A stretch of 64,000 bases of DNA from Trichosphaerium sp. ATCC 40318 (taxonomy: Eukaryota; Protista; Tubulinea): the NCBI GenBank assembly GCA_038496445.1, contig JALMLS010000573.1, positions 248,001-312,000 on the forward strand, in the 5' to 3' direction. The notes below the pieces were generated by a model. It saw only the letters and a program-made list of their open reading frames with translations. It was not told the origin of the DNA and did no database searches. This document shows positions 26,714 to 38,400 of the stretch, one piece after another (the stretch's first letter is position 1; every line of letters begins with the position of its first letter). Made by a program: the position numbers and the translations under genes.

Positions 26714-27460
26714 ATGGAATATAATACTGATAAAAGCCACTTTTTACACCTCCCTTTGGAACTACTCCTCGACATGAGTGATTTAACTATTGAGGCGTAT
26801 TGTAAATTAGCTCAGCTATCAAAACAAACTGCATTAATAAGGTATGATTCTGATATGAAACGACATGGCAAGTGGGTGAGAAAGAAAAAGATTGTAACAA
26901 GAGAAAATCAAACAAATCATAGCAGAGTACAAATAAAGACTCAAATCTATTGGAAGCATGGTGAACTTGATGGAGAGTATAAAAGATGGCATCATGACAA
27001 CGGGCAGTTAATAGAGAAGGCGTTGTATGTAGATGGTAAAAGGCATGGTGAGTATAAACGGTGGTTTAGCAATACTCAAATGCGAGAACATTGTTTTTAC
27101 ATAAACGGTCATATTCACGGAGAATCCAAAAGATGGCGAGAGAACGGACAACTTTGGTTACAAATTAATTATGAAAACGGATGTCGTGAAGGAGAGTATA
27201 AGGAATGGCATAGTAATGGTAAACTATCAAAGCACCAGTATTTCTATAAAGGTAAAATACATGGAGAATGCAAGAAGTTTTATCGAAATGGTAATGTGTT
27301 TACACTATCAACGTATGTCAATGGCGTACTAGAAGGAGAGTACACACGTTGGCACGGAGGAGGTAATTTGAGAGAAAAGCGATATTATGTTAATGGTACA
27401 GAGAAGATAATCCAGAAATACAACAACGAAGGGAAACTGAGTACTATACAAAAAATGTAG
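26714..27460 (+). CDS. Intronless MORN-variant (YwqK-like) repeat protein with F-box-like N-terminus
   Basis: FLHLPLELLLDM followed by about 6-7 repeats of 24 aa with the pattern YxxGxxHGEYKxWxxNGxL. Confidence 0.85.
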   Translation: MEYNTDKSHFLHLPLELLLDMSDLTIEAYCKLAQLSKQTALIRYDSDMKRHGKWVRKKKIVTRENQTNHSRVQIKTQIYWKHGELDGEYKRWHHDNGQLIEKALYVDGKRHGEYKRWFSNTQMREHCFYINGHIHGESKRWRENGQLWLQINYENGCREGEYKEWHSNGKLSKHQYFYKGKIHGECKKFYRNGNVFTLSTYVNGVLEGEYTRWHGGGNLREKRYYVNGTEKIIQKYNNEGKLSTIQKM

Positions 27461-27850
27461 TCCGTTTGCAAGAAACTACAGATTTAGAGAGAACCTGTCT
27501 CATCTCCGGTGTCGACCTTAATGGTAACGTATATGGAGACTTTGTCCTTTATTAAAGCAATAAACACTCTCGTAAACGTGAGAAACTTGTGAAACATTGA
27601 AACTTGTTATCAAATAATTCTCAATTGTAGAATAAAATCACTCGTGTGGCTAACGTAGACCCTGTATCTTTCTTCACAAGCCTTTGTCCTTATTGACACT
27701 GTAAGTTAGTGTAATGAGTAAAAGTGGAGATGTTTGTATCCATTTACCTTTCCATCGCTAAAGACAACGAGTGAACTGTAAACTTTGATATTTAAGGAGA
27801 GTATAGAATTTATTGTGAGAAGAAATAGTAGCGGACGGAGTTCATACAAT

Positions 27851-28057
27851 TTATGGCGTTTTGTTCATACAAATCATGAAGAGAAAGCAACTGTTATTGC
27901 ACGGGAAGGCGTCAATACAACACTCATATTTTTCTAATTTTGAGTCGCAAAAACTGCAAGCTTCCCTAGGACTATGATAGGGCCCACAACCGAGTGAAAG
28001 TGCTCCCAAGAATAGAATAGAAAGTGTAAAGAGAAGAAGCATTGTTGAGGTACGCAT
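27851..28057 (-). CDS. Small secreted cysteine-rich peptide (68 aa, 8 Cys)
   Basis: Signal peptide MRTSTMLLLFTLSILFLGALS, then GCGPYHSPREACSFCDSKLEKYECCIDAFPCNNSCFLFMICMNKTP. Confidence 0.6.
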   Translation of the reverse strand: MRTSTMLLLFTLSILFLGALSLGCGPYHSPREACSFCDSKLEKYECCIDAFPCNNSCFLFMICMNKTP

Positions 28058-28804
28058 CTTGTTATAGTTTAAACGTAATGATCTTATTTCAGATTTTAAC
28101 CCATACACATTTACTTGTATTAAACTTCTTTGTTGGGTAAACTATCCTTTAGAGTACCAGCCCACATACATTAGGTTAACCCCTTTGTTTCACTAGCCAC
28201 GTGATTTTAATCAACTGAAAGGGACGCTCATACCTGAACCCTTCAGTGGACTTTCTGCTAGTAGCTAGTTCTTTGCTAGTATACCACAACTAGCGCTAGT
28301 AGAAGAATATGACGTGAACAGAATCACAAAAGATATTAGTGTCACAATAATTGTACTTAGATTAATAAAGCAGACTTAACTTAAAACTCATACCTCTCAC
28401 CTTCTTGTCGTGACAATTAGAGACGTTGACAAACGTTTCTATCCAGGTAAGAAACGCTAACTTGTTAATAGTAGTTTTTCTCACCACCAACTGTAAATTA
28501 TGTAACTCCTGCTAATAAAAAGAGAGTTGAAAGCTTCAACCAGAAAGAGATCAATATGAAAACGTTTTTGTACGATTCTAGATGTTTTGAAACACGTTTT
28601 CAACTCATAATTATAATACAACTGTTCAAGCGTGCCTTGTTTTTTGTTTGTGTGAGCGTTTCTAGTGTGCACTTGCTCAAAAGGACATTTTTTATTTTGC
28701 GTTGTGTTGCTTTTTATTACATATGAGACTGACAAAGGTATTAAAGCTTTGAAGGCTTTCATAAAATTAATCTTTCTTTGTGTATGGGCATTATTAATAC
28801 TTTA

Positions 28805-30135
28805 TAGGATTTGACCCGATATATTTTGTGGTAGCGCTAAGCCTCATTCGTTTATGAACATAGGTAGCCTTGTGCAACTCTGCAAGCTATACCATTTGTG
28901 TATCCTTAAGGGTACTTTACGTTAGCATAAGAACAGTAGGTCACGTGCTACAAATCCAGAGTGGCCTTTTAAAAAGTACGCTTAGCGTTAAAATAAAATA
29001 GCATTACATCAGGTCAACTCCGTTATTAATGTACGCAAAGTTTCTAGGGTACATACAACCTATCACAAAAACAAACGTGAATGTTTGCTATGCTATCAGG
29101 TTTACACGTTAAGAACAGAAGAAAGTGCAAGGGTTTCGTTCAAGCAACACCGTCAACTTTTGTAAGTGTACTAGTAAATACAATTACACCTTACACCAAA
29201 ACTATACTGCTAAGTAACTTTGCCCAGTCAATGTCACTCGATACTGGATTACTTTTTAGTGACATAGCTTCATCTGATACCTATGAGTTATAAAACAATG
29301 CCATGAAGACGCTAAACTATACTACCTTCTATAACTTAAAATCACGTGTTGTAGGCATTGTGTATAACATCAACATTTTATTGTACAATCTCTTTCCTGA
29401 AAAGTGGTTAGAACCCCTTGGTAGCCACGTGGTATCAAACGTTGTTGAAAAACTACTGAAACCAATTTTCGACTTTGAGATATTGTGAATCAACAGCCAA
29501 AAGCAGTCTATCAACGTCCCAATTGTGTCAAACATCTACCACATTACATACACCTAACAAACATCGAAATGGTACGACCTAGAGCTCAACAAAAAGTGCA
29601 CGCCAAAGTGCTGTTTGACAACCTGTTATCTATCATTTTTTAGCTCATTTGATCCGTTAATTGTCTTTCAACTTACTGTATCGCAGAGTGCAGTGAAAGC
29701 GCCACCAAAGATACCCAATTGGACTTCGAAGGTGCGAGGACTGTACAGTCGCAGTTCTTGTAGCATTGCAGTCACAAAAGCAGGGCTTGTACGTCTACCT
29801 ATGTAAACCATCGCATGCACGCGTATTCTTTTGTTATCCTAGGCGGCTGCAAGCTACGTGACTTTCTGCTTTTGTGCTCGTTTGAAGTACTCCAAAAGGA
29901 TATACTAATGTTATAGCTTGTATATTTGCACAATGCTACCTATGCTCACAACCCATCCCGAAAAATCAAGCGTAGCACTAAAACAAAACAGCGTATTTGG
30001 GCCAAATTCCTCACGTTCAATAGAAATAGAAAAAAGGTCTATGGCTTCCTTTTGCTGCGTTCTACAAATCGGAGTGGCCTTTTTAAAAAGTAGGCTTAGC
30101 GCTACAATTAAATAGAGTTATTTCAAGCTAAATCC
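28805..30135. mobile_element. Degenerate MITE-like remnants (one left end, two right ends)
   Basis: A roughly 55-bp direct repeat CTACAAATC..GAGTGGCCTTTT..CTTAGCG lies at about 28948-29002 and 30062-30116. GTAGCGCTAAGCCT (28831) is inverted relative to AGGCTTAGCGCTAC (30092). Confidence 0.4.
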
Positions 30136-30714
30136 AATAACGTATCAGCGCTTTTGACTCTTGTCTTTGGCGTGAAAAAGAAATTGTATTTGTTGTACCT
30201 TTTTACCTTTTTTTACTTTTTTTGAAAGGCGTATGTTGGTGTACTGGATAAGATTTTAGTATTCGACTTGAAACAACCATCAAAAGAACCTACAGTGTTG
30301 AAAATTGGAAGCTCAGGTATTGGCTCAATATCCATCACGAGTGATGAGAAGATTATGATTGTTGGGTTGTAAGGAGAGTGCCTTGTTAGTTGACTTAAAA
30401 AAAAGGCACTATCTTGGCATTTAGAGATAAGCTAAAAAACCAACATAAAAATAAACTACTTCAAGTGCCTAGCTTTTTGCACTAACTAGCACGGTAGTAC
30501 GTTTGTTGTAAGCACCCTTAGTAAAATGATAGTCCAGTTGCTAAGCGTTTTTTTAAAGCAACAAATGTGTATTTTCCTAGTATTAAGCGGGTTAGAGTTC
30601 TATCATTCTCAGTTTACTTTCTTCTATTAACTAACCAAGGGAAACTTACTATAGAAGATGTTGAAAGCCTCCATTTTTATTTATAACTGCTTTTTGATGC
30701 ACCAACTTATGCAA

Positions 30715-33700
30715 TCAAACAAGGCTGTAAAGAATACATACAAGAGCAAGGATAACAGCTTTGACAACATTAATGGATAGTAAGCTTTCAGAAGTAACAG
30801 TAGGAGGAGTTGGGACTACTCGCTCATTTCCTTCAGTAACAGTAGATGGTTTAACAACGGTGACAGTCTATAATTTGGTAAGATCACTTAAGCAAACAGC
30901 GAGCAAAAAAAACAATTACCGTCATTGTAACGTTTGAAGCTGAAAACGAATCTTTAGTCATTTGAATAGCTGCTGGATCACTTAAATATGAAGATACAAT
31001 TGAAGCTGCATTATCATCTAAGAGCATGTTAGACTTGTTTGTTAAACAACAATGCAAAATAAAAAAAACCACGTGCCAACAATTCTGACATCAAATTGAG
31101 TAGCAGCTTGTCTCTTTGAAGTTGTTGGAGAAGCTGTAACATTGACGGATAACTGGTTTGAAAATATTTCTATCACTATAATTATAAAATCTTGTAAATC
31201 ACCTATAACAACAAACGATGGTCTGATGCTAATATCTAAAAAAAAACATATCAGACTAATAATATCTCGTACTTGTTTTTTTCTTTTATCAAAATTATTT
31301 GTACCATTCGTAATACATGCTTTACTTGTACTCGAGAACTCAACAATGCCTGATCCAAGTTGCCATGAGTAAACGGTATTTTCTTTATCAAACATAAACT
31401 CTATAGGTCCATTTTCGGTCGCTGGATAATATTCATTCCTTGGTCCTTTGAAAACAGTTGGAACAAATGCTGAAGTATCCTCTGAATCAAAAGTGTTTAT
31501 AATATTGTTGTCTCCATATTCTATTGTTATGCTCGTCTCCTGTTTTCGTTGATAGTAGTAAGTAAACCTTGTTGCAGATATTAAACCAACTAACCTGTGT
31601 GTCATATCCTAGGTAAGCCACATAAGAGCCTTTAATGAGAGCTACACAATCCAATCGTGGCTTTATCTAAAAACAAGCTTGATGAGATGAATTATAAGCT
31701 CTTCAACTCACATTTGGTAGTGGTGCTGCAGCTGGCGCTACAGTCGTTGACGGTGCATTCGGAGGTGATGTAGTAATAGTAGGGATTGGAACATCAGGCG
31801 ATAAAGGAGGTAGGAATGGAGCATCAGGCGACAAAGGAGGTAATTCAGGGATTGGTGCGTCAGGTGATAAAGGAGGAAGATCAGGGAATGGAGCGTCAGG
31901 TGACAAAGGAGGTAGATCAGGGAATGGTGCATCTGGTGATAAAGGAGGTAGATCAGGCAAAGGGGCATCAGGTGATAAAGGAGGTAGATCAGGTAAAGGG
32001 GCATCAGGAGACAAAGGAGGTAATTCAGGGATTGGTGCGTCAGGTGACAAAGGAGGTAGATCAGGGATTGGGGTATCAGGTGACAAAGGCGGCTCAGGTA
32101 CTATAAACAAGTAAATATTTAGAGCATGCTAGAAAACAATACGTACGAAGCTCACACGTGAATACTCCAAAAGAAGGATCGATATAAGCCAATTCCAAGT
32201 TTCCAAGAGAATCTTGAATAGTAACAACAAGTTGACACAACTCTCTGCTGAACATACTGTTAATATGTGTTGCAGCACTATTACTAGTAGTTGTGAGAGC
32301 ATTACTGATTGTTGAAGTCACTCTAAATAGAACAGTTCCTACGGGAGAAGCATCCAATATTGTAACAAACTTTGACGTTTCAGAAGCTCCGACACTAACA
32401 AAGTCGTTTACTGGGAATGATTGAGCGATAATGCTGTTTGTTGGTAAATAGGTATTCGTGCAATCAAATGGAGTCTCAGTTATTACTGTTTGACTAGCAA
32501 GGTTTGATAAAACGCCTATTGTTCCTTTTTGAGAGTTATAAGCTACTGAGATAGATTGAGCGGCTCCTGTGAATATTACCTCTGGAGCTGGTGTCTAAAC
32601 AAAATATACTGAGATTTTAACGGTATTACGAGAATGCAGAATGACAACTTTTTTCGGAAAATTGCAAAGCGTCTCACAAAGTATGTAAAACATGAAAAAA
32701 AAAGATGTATTGTGCTTTTTTTGTCAAAACATGTGCTGACAGAAACTTTGATTTTCAAAATGAATGACTGTGACAATAATCTATATTGTACCTGGCCTAA
32801 GCTAATCTGTGATAGAGACACGTTATTACCATCAATAGAACCTACTGTAAAGCAATTTCCATCTACTTCAACGACTGGTGAAGCACCAGCAAAATCCGTG
32901 GCTATTATTGTAAGTAAAATTAACAACACTGATAAATCTGGATTTTACGCTTAGAAAAAGAAGCACGTACTGACAATACCGCCTGAAACAGGGTCTTTTC
33001 CTAGTTCCCAATTGTAGATTTCTATTCCTGCTGAGCTACTAGCAAAAAGAACGTAGTCTTTTGGTGAAACTATGCTGCTATTAGTACCTAATATTCACAA
33101 AGTATAGAATAGACATCAAAACAACATTCAAAGAAGCCACCTCAGAGAAATAACTTTGTTGCATACCTTGACTTGCACTGACAATGTTGGCATTACCATC
33201 TAGATTAGGGAAGTTTATTCTATCACCAACGAAACCAATTACCTAACAAAAAACCAAAGTCAGTTTCATAAGAAGAAAAAAACCCGAAACGCGTTTTTGG
33301 GCAGCATCAACAAGCTGTCTCTAATTTTAAGTCTTGTCTCGAGTAGCTCTCAATACGAAAAAAGAGGAATATGACTTCAACATACAGGATCAGGCTGGAA
33401 TAGCAATGTACATTCAAGATACTGCCAAACGTTCTCTTCTCCCAAAAAAATAACTGGAAACGAACTCCCTACGAAATACGGGACGAAAGCCTTTGTAGAA
33501 GGTGAAATAACCATTCCATTATTAAAACCAACATTTCCAGAAAGCATATCTTGACAAATAATGTTATATTCATGTCGATAAAGGCAAAAAAGATGTCATG
33601 ACAACAGTCAAATGCAAAAGTGTTTTTTCCACTAGAAGAGTTAGGTACTTGAGCACCAACGCCCAGTTTAATCTCTAGAAGGTAATACGTACCTTGCGGA

Positions 33701-34063
33701 GAAGCTAAAACACAGAGAGTTCCATTACTTCCTCCCAAAGCTATAGAGATTTCGTTAGAAATACACCTGCTCTACTGTGTTTCTAGTATACGCACCTCCA
33801 TCGGCAAACAGAATATGAAGCTCGTTGCCATTAAAAATACCTCTGAACAATCGTGGGTTTTCGGGTGAGACTGTCTCCATCAAGACAACATCAAACAATG
33901 CATTTGCATTAAAAAATGTATTCACTGGGGCTCCTGAAACATCTGTCGAAGAAAAGGTCAGAGTGAATAGAAGAAGACTATTTGGAAGTATACGGAGTAA
34001 TGTTATACCTTGGGACAGACCCATACAAATACAAACAAGTAGTACAACTCGTGTGTAATCCAT
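30715..34063 (-). CDS. Secreted, probably GPI-anchored surface protein with Pro-rich tandem repeats
   Basis: N-terminal signal peptide MDYTRVVLLVCICMGLSQ, multi-exon ectodomain, PPLSPDAPxPDL repeats, and hydrophobic C-terminus VVKAVILALVCILYSLV*. Confidence 0.75.
31786..32097 (-). repeat. Coding minisatellite, 36-bp unit x about 9 (PPLSPDAPxPDL)
   Basis: Visible in the DNA and in ORF 31703-32110. Confidence 0.95.
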
Positions 34064-35150
34064 TTTGAACTAAAAAAACTATGCTGGTTGGAAAATAGCA
34101 AGTTTTCCACAAGATTGGGAGAGATTTGGTCTTGGGTTTTTTTCCTTGTTTCTCCATAAGGATTAAAATCACATGTCTGGAAAAAAAAACTTGACCTTGT
34201 ATAGAATAATAATCATCGTGTTAGTATAGATCATCTAGGGTTGTAAATACCAGTGTTTGAAGTTCGGGTAGTTGTATCCCCAAAAGTTCCTTTTAGGAAC
34301 ACCAACAATATTCCTTGTAGGAATCTTCTCTAAAACCTCTTCTATAATCTCTAATACACGTCAATAGTCATCAGCGAAAACTCATCTTTCTCCTATAAAT
34401 AAGTTTGTAATAACAAAAAAAATTTAGCGAAATTAGGTGACACATGCAGTTCACTAGTTACCAATCACGGCAAAAAAAACTTTAATGATATTTTAGTAGA
34501 TAGCGTCGTAAGCCTTTAGAAAAACTATGTAAGTCAACCGATGCTTCTAAAATAAGACCAGGTTTTAAGTGAATTTGACAACTTTTTGGTGAGAATAGTC
34601 GTGTGGATTTGATCAAACCAGAAAATACGACCAAAACTGATTTTTATACAACTTTATTGTTACATAACCATGAACCGCTCTAATTTCTGATTATTCGTAG
34701 TATTCGTAATATATTGTACTACTGCATTGTAGGCACCTTTTCAACTAGGTGGGTAATTTAGTGGTGATCCGAACAATACTGGTTGTTGTCCAGTATTCAC
34801 GGCTATACCTGACCGCGCATATTGGAGAGCCAATGACGCGAATACGCCTACAAACTGGCTAAAACAACTATACTAGACTGACATTCTAGGAGCATTTGGA
34901 ATGACTACTGCTTTTTGGTACCTTTACTTTTCGAACCTTCAAAACAGAATAGTCTTTGTATTGCCGCCACAATAAATTATCATCTAGATATCATTCGACC
35001 CGGCTCTTAGTTTCGCAAAGAAGGTTCAATCTAAATTGAATTGTAGAGGGCGATTTATTTGTAAAACTACAGGACGCAGTACATGCCTTATACGGTAGAA
35101 GTATTGCACATTTCTCCACAAATCTCTTTGCTTACAAAACAACACTGCTA

Positions 35151-35336
35151 TCATTTACTATCTGATACTGATACGCTGAGTTACTGTGAAATACGGATGG
35201 GAATATTAATAGTTGTATTAGCGATCCAAGTGTGAGGATGAGAAGAAGAGAATGGCAAAATACTTAAAGCAACATAACGGAAATCAAAATATTCGTCTTA
35301 GTGTTGGTGGAGCAGAGTTTTATACTACTTTATCTA
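35151..35336 (+). pseudogene. Copied intron+exon fragment of the Kelch-BTB gene (source 52630-52818)
   Basis: Nearly identical sequence including intron DNA and the exon part MAKYLKQHNGNQxIRLSVGGAEF. Confidence 0.9.
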
Positions 35337-35426
35337 GTTTAACTAATGAACAAGTCTCTACAAAGAATTTATTTAATCTACGCTAACACGTGAGAGTGAT
35401 TCACAAACCAAATTGTTTTCTTGAAG

Positions 35427-38400
35427 CTACTTGAGTTCATTTTCAAGCTTGGCGATCTTTGCTAATAGCAAAGCATTACTTTGTTTAAGGTAATCATTCC
35501 TTTCTGCTAATTTGACAATGTAGTCTTTCTGATTAGCATTGATATCTCTTTGGCTGGCGTTGTTCTTTGCTAAGTCAGTATTTGCTTGTTTTAATTTCTC
35601 AGCTTCCAATGGCAAGTCGACTGACGCTTGTTCAAAATGGAGTTCAGCGTCTGCGTGTTGGCCCTTTGGTGAACTTATATTCTTAGCTGGCTCTTGTTCT
35701 ACTTTGTTTTTCTGTGCCTCGTCAAGTGGCGAAGTAGATGCCCATAGTTTTCTAGTACAATAAAGTTAACAGAACACAAGAAATTTGTGATGATTGTACC
35801 GTTTACTAATAAACTTCTCATCTTCAGTGTCAGAAAGCTCATCATCTGAATCATCAATATCTTTTCCGCTTGGCTTGTTGGTATGCTTGGCATGTTTATC
35901 TTCCTTCTTAGACGATTTTGTTTGGTTTGTTTTGGGCTGTTTGGGTTTCTGTACAACTTTGATGATGTAACGAGCAACAGCTTGAACATCTAATATCGTC
36001 AGAATAAAACATAGTATAAGTGTTTGGATAAAGGAATACCTTGGGCAACAACAAGCTCATCATACACTGCATTGGCAAGTTTACGTTCTTTGAGAGGTCT
36101 ACCCAATCGATCAACCAAAGTGTAGTGACTTTGGTAGCCTGGTTTAATTGGTTGTCCTCTTAACTTGTCGTTTGGTTTTACCTTTGAAGAACATTATTAA
36201 ATGAACAACATACTCAAATCACTTGCGTACAGGATATACGTTGCCAGGAGTGACAAGACTCAAAATCAGAGTTTTTTCAATGGTGCCTGATAGATCGTAT
36301 GAACAAGCGTATTGTATACTTGTCTGTGGGGTAAAAAAGTGAAAAGGGGTGTTACGGGTGATTTAATGGTTTTAAACATACTGTAAAGTAGATGCCTTGA
36401 CCATAGTAACCAGCATCCAATGCACTCACAGTTCCGAATCCAGCTTGTACAATACTGTAAGCTGCTTTTTGAGTTGTTCCATGAACCATCAATATCACTG
36501 GTACCTAAACAGCTTTTGTTAGTGATTCAATACTCTAAAGAAAAAAAAAACCAGAAGAATGTTACATCTTGTGAGGTGTTGGCATCATCATAACTTGCGT
36601 CATGTTTAACAAGGCTATCATACTTTTTGTAAACGGCGTCATTGTATTCCTTGTTGATATTATCTTCTCTCCAATCTTGTTTTTTAAACAGTCTTGGTAA
36701 TCCTCTAAGTACAGGTTAGCAAAATTACATACGTTTGGTAAAGTTGAATTAAAAAAAAAAAAACATACTGATGTCTGTGTTTCAGTATTCTATTGGCGTT
36801 TCCAAAGTTTTGATTCAAGGTGTCATTACACACAAGCTTGGCTTCAACAAGACTGAAATCGTTGTAACCATGTAGTTTTGACATTTTTTGTTTGAGGATC
36901 TGTAGTTCTCTGACAGCAACTTTGTCATTTGTATCGAAAAGATTCAATGTTCTGTAATCTATTGCTGTTATAACAAGTCCACTTGTTTCATAACACTCAA
37001 GTTAAAATATGACAATATCAGATTAAACGCACGTGGCATTAGATCTATCCCAAGTCTGAGCATAGTTCAATCGCGGATTTAGATCCCAGATGGTATCACT
37101 TTGTAATCCTTTCAAGTATGTTTAGTATTTGAAAATATGGCATGTTACTTGTACCTGCATCAGTGAGATACTCTACTTCTGACTCGGATTTCTCTGTATT
37201 GTTACTCCACATGTCATCAGGTAGATCATACAAGATACCTTGCATTAATTGTCCATCTTCATGCCAGAAGTCCTTGAAAACAGAATGGGTTAGTGTATTT
37301 GCGATTCTGGTTAATTTGTTGTTGACTTACTGGAGACTGAACAAGTTTGCGGTCAAAAGTACAAATCAAATACCGAACGCCCTTTTCTATAGCCAGTTTA
37401 AAATAAGATCTTTTTGGCTAATGTACGATTAGTGTTAATGGTATGGTATTGAAATAATTAAACAAATCATACCAACTTCTGTATCCATCCTTTAAGATCA
37501 CGTCTCCAGTGTTCGTTTATGTTGATAACAGAACATGATTTCCATAGATCACAGCAATGTTTTCCATAGGGACAATGCTGTAAAAATGATACAAACAAGC
37601 TACTTGAGTGCGTCGTAAATATATAAGAAACCATTTTCATAAATATGAAGGCAAAAAAGTCTTGCCACAGCCTTGAACTGGGTACAATGCCTTTTGTTGC
37701 TTTCAAAATAGCAAAAAACAAAGCAGATATTCTTTTATCTAAAGTTAGCTTGAGTATCAAGAAAACCCATGTATACACTAATCACCTGAATCAAGTGAAG
37801 TTGTGTTTCTGTCTTCATCAAGTTCAATATCATCAATATTTGCCTTTGCTTTGAATGCAGTTTCTACACTGTCGATATTACCATAGCTAGCTATAAGGAG
37901 TGTTAGATTTATGGTGGTTTTATTCGGTACCTGCTATAATTAAAAGCGTTCTCCCATATTTATCAACAGCATCAATGTTTGCGTTTGCATTCAGTAATGT
38001 AGAAACAACTGTGTTGTGACTTTTAGCCGCTAATGTACAATGAGTGAGATGCAACTCAAGATAGTTGATACTATAACGTACTTGCGTACAATAAAGCTGT
38101 GTATCCAAAAATACTATCAACAATTTCAGTATCTGCATTGGCGTTGATCAAAGTGCAAACAACTTGATTATGCCCATTACAAGCTAAGTTTTATGAGGGG
38201 TATTTGTTTTAAGTATGAAATGTCACCTGCTTCAATTAATGCAGTCTTCCCTTCATATCCAACACCATCAATATTAGCTCCTGATCTAAGAAAGAGTTTG
38301 ACATATTCGTTGTGGCCCTCGCTAGCTAGCTGGTGTGAGGTATTGAAAAGATATAGATCACTTTTTACCAGCATGATGTAATGCAATGTCAATATTAGCT

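Noticed and set aside
31738-32106. Alternative ORFs over the 36-bp minisatellite
   Set aside because: Stop-free by repetition. The Pro-rich frame fits the spliced gene.
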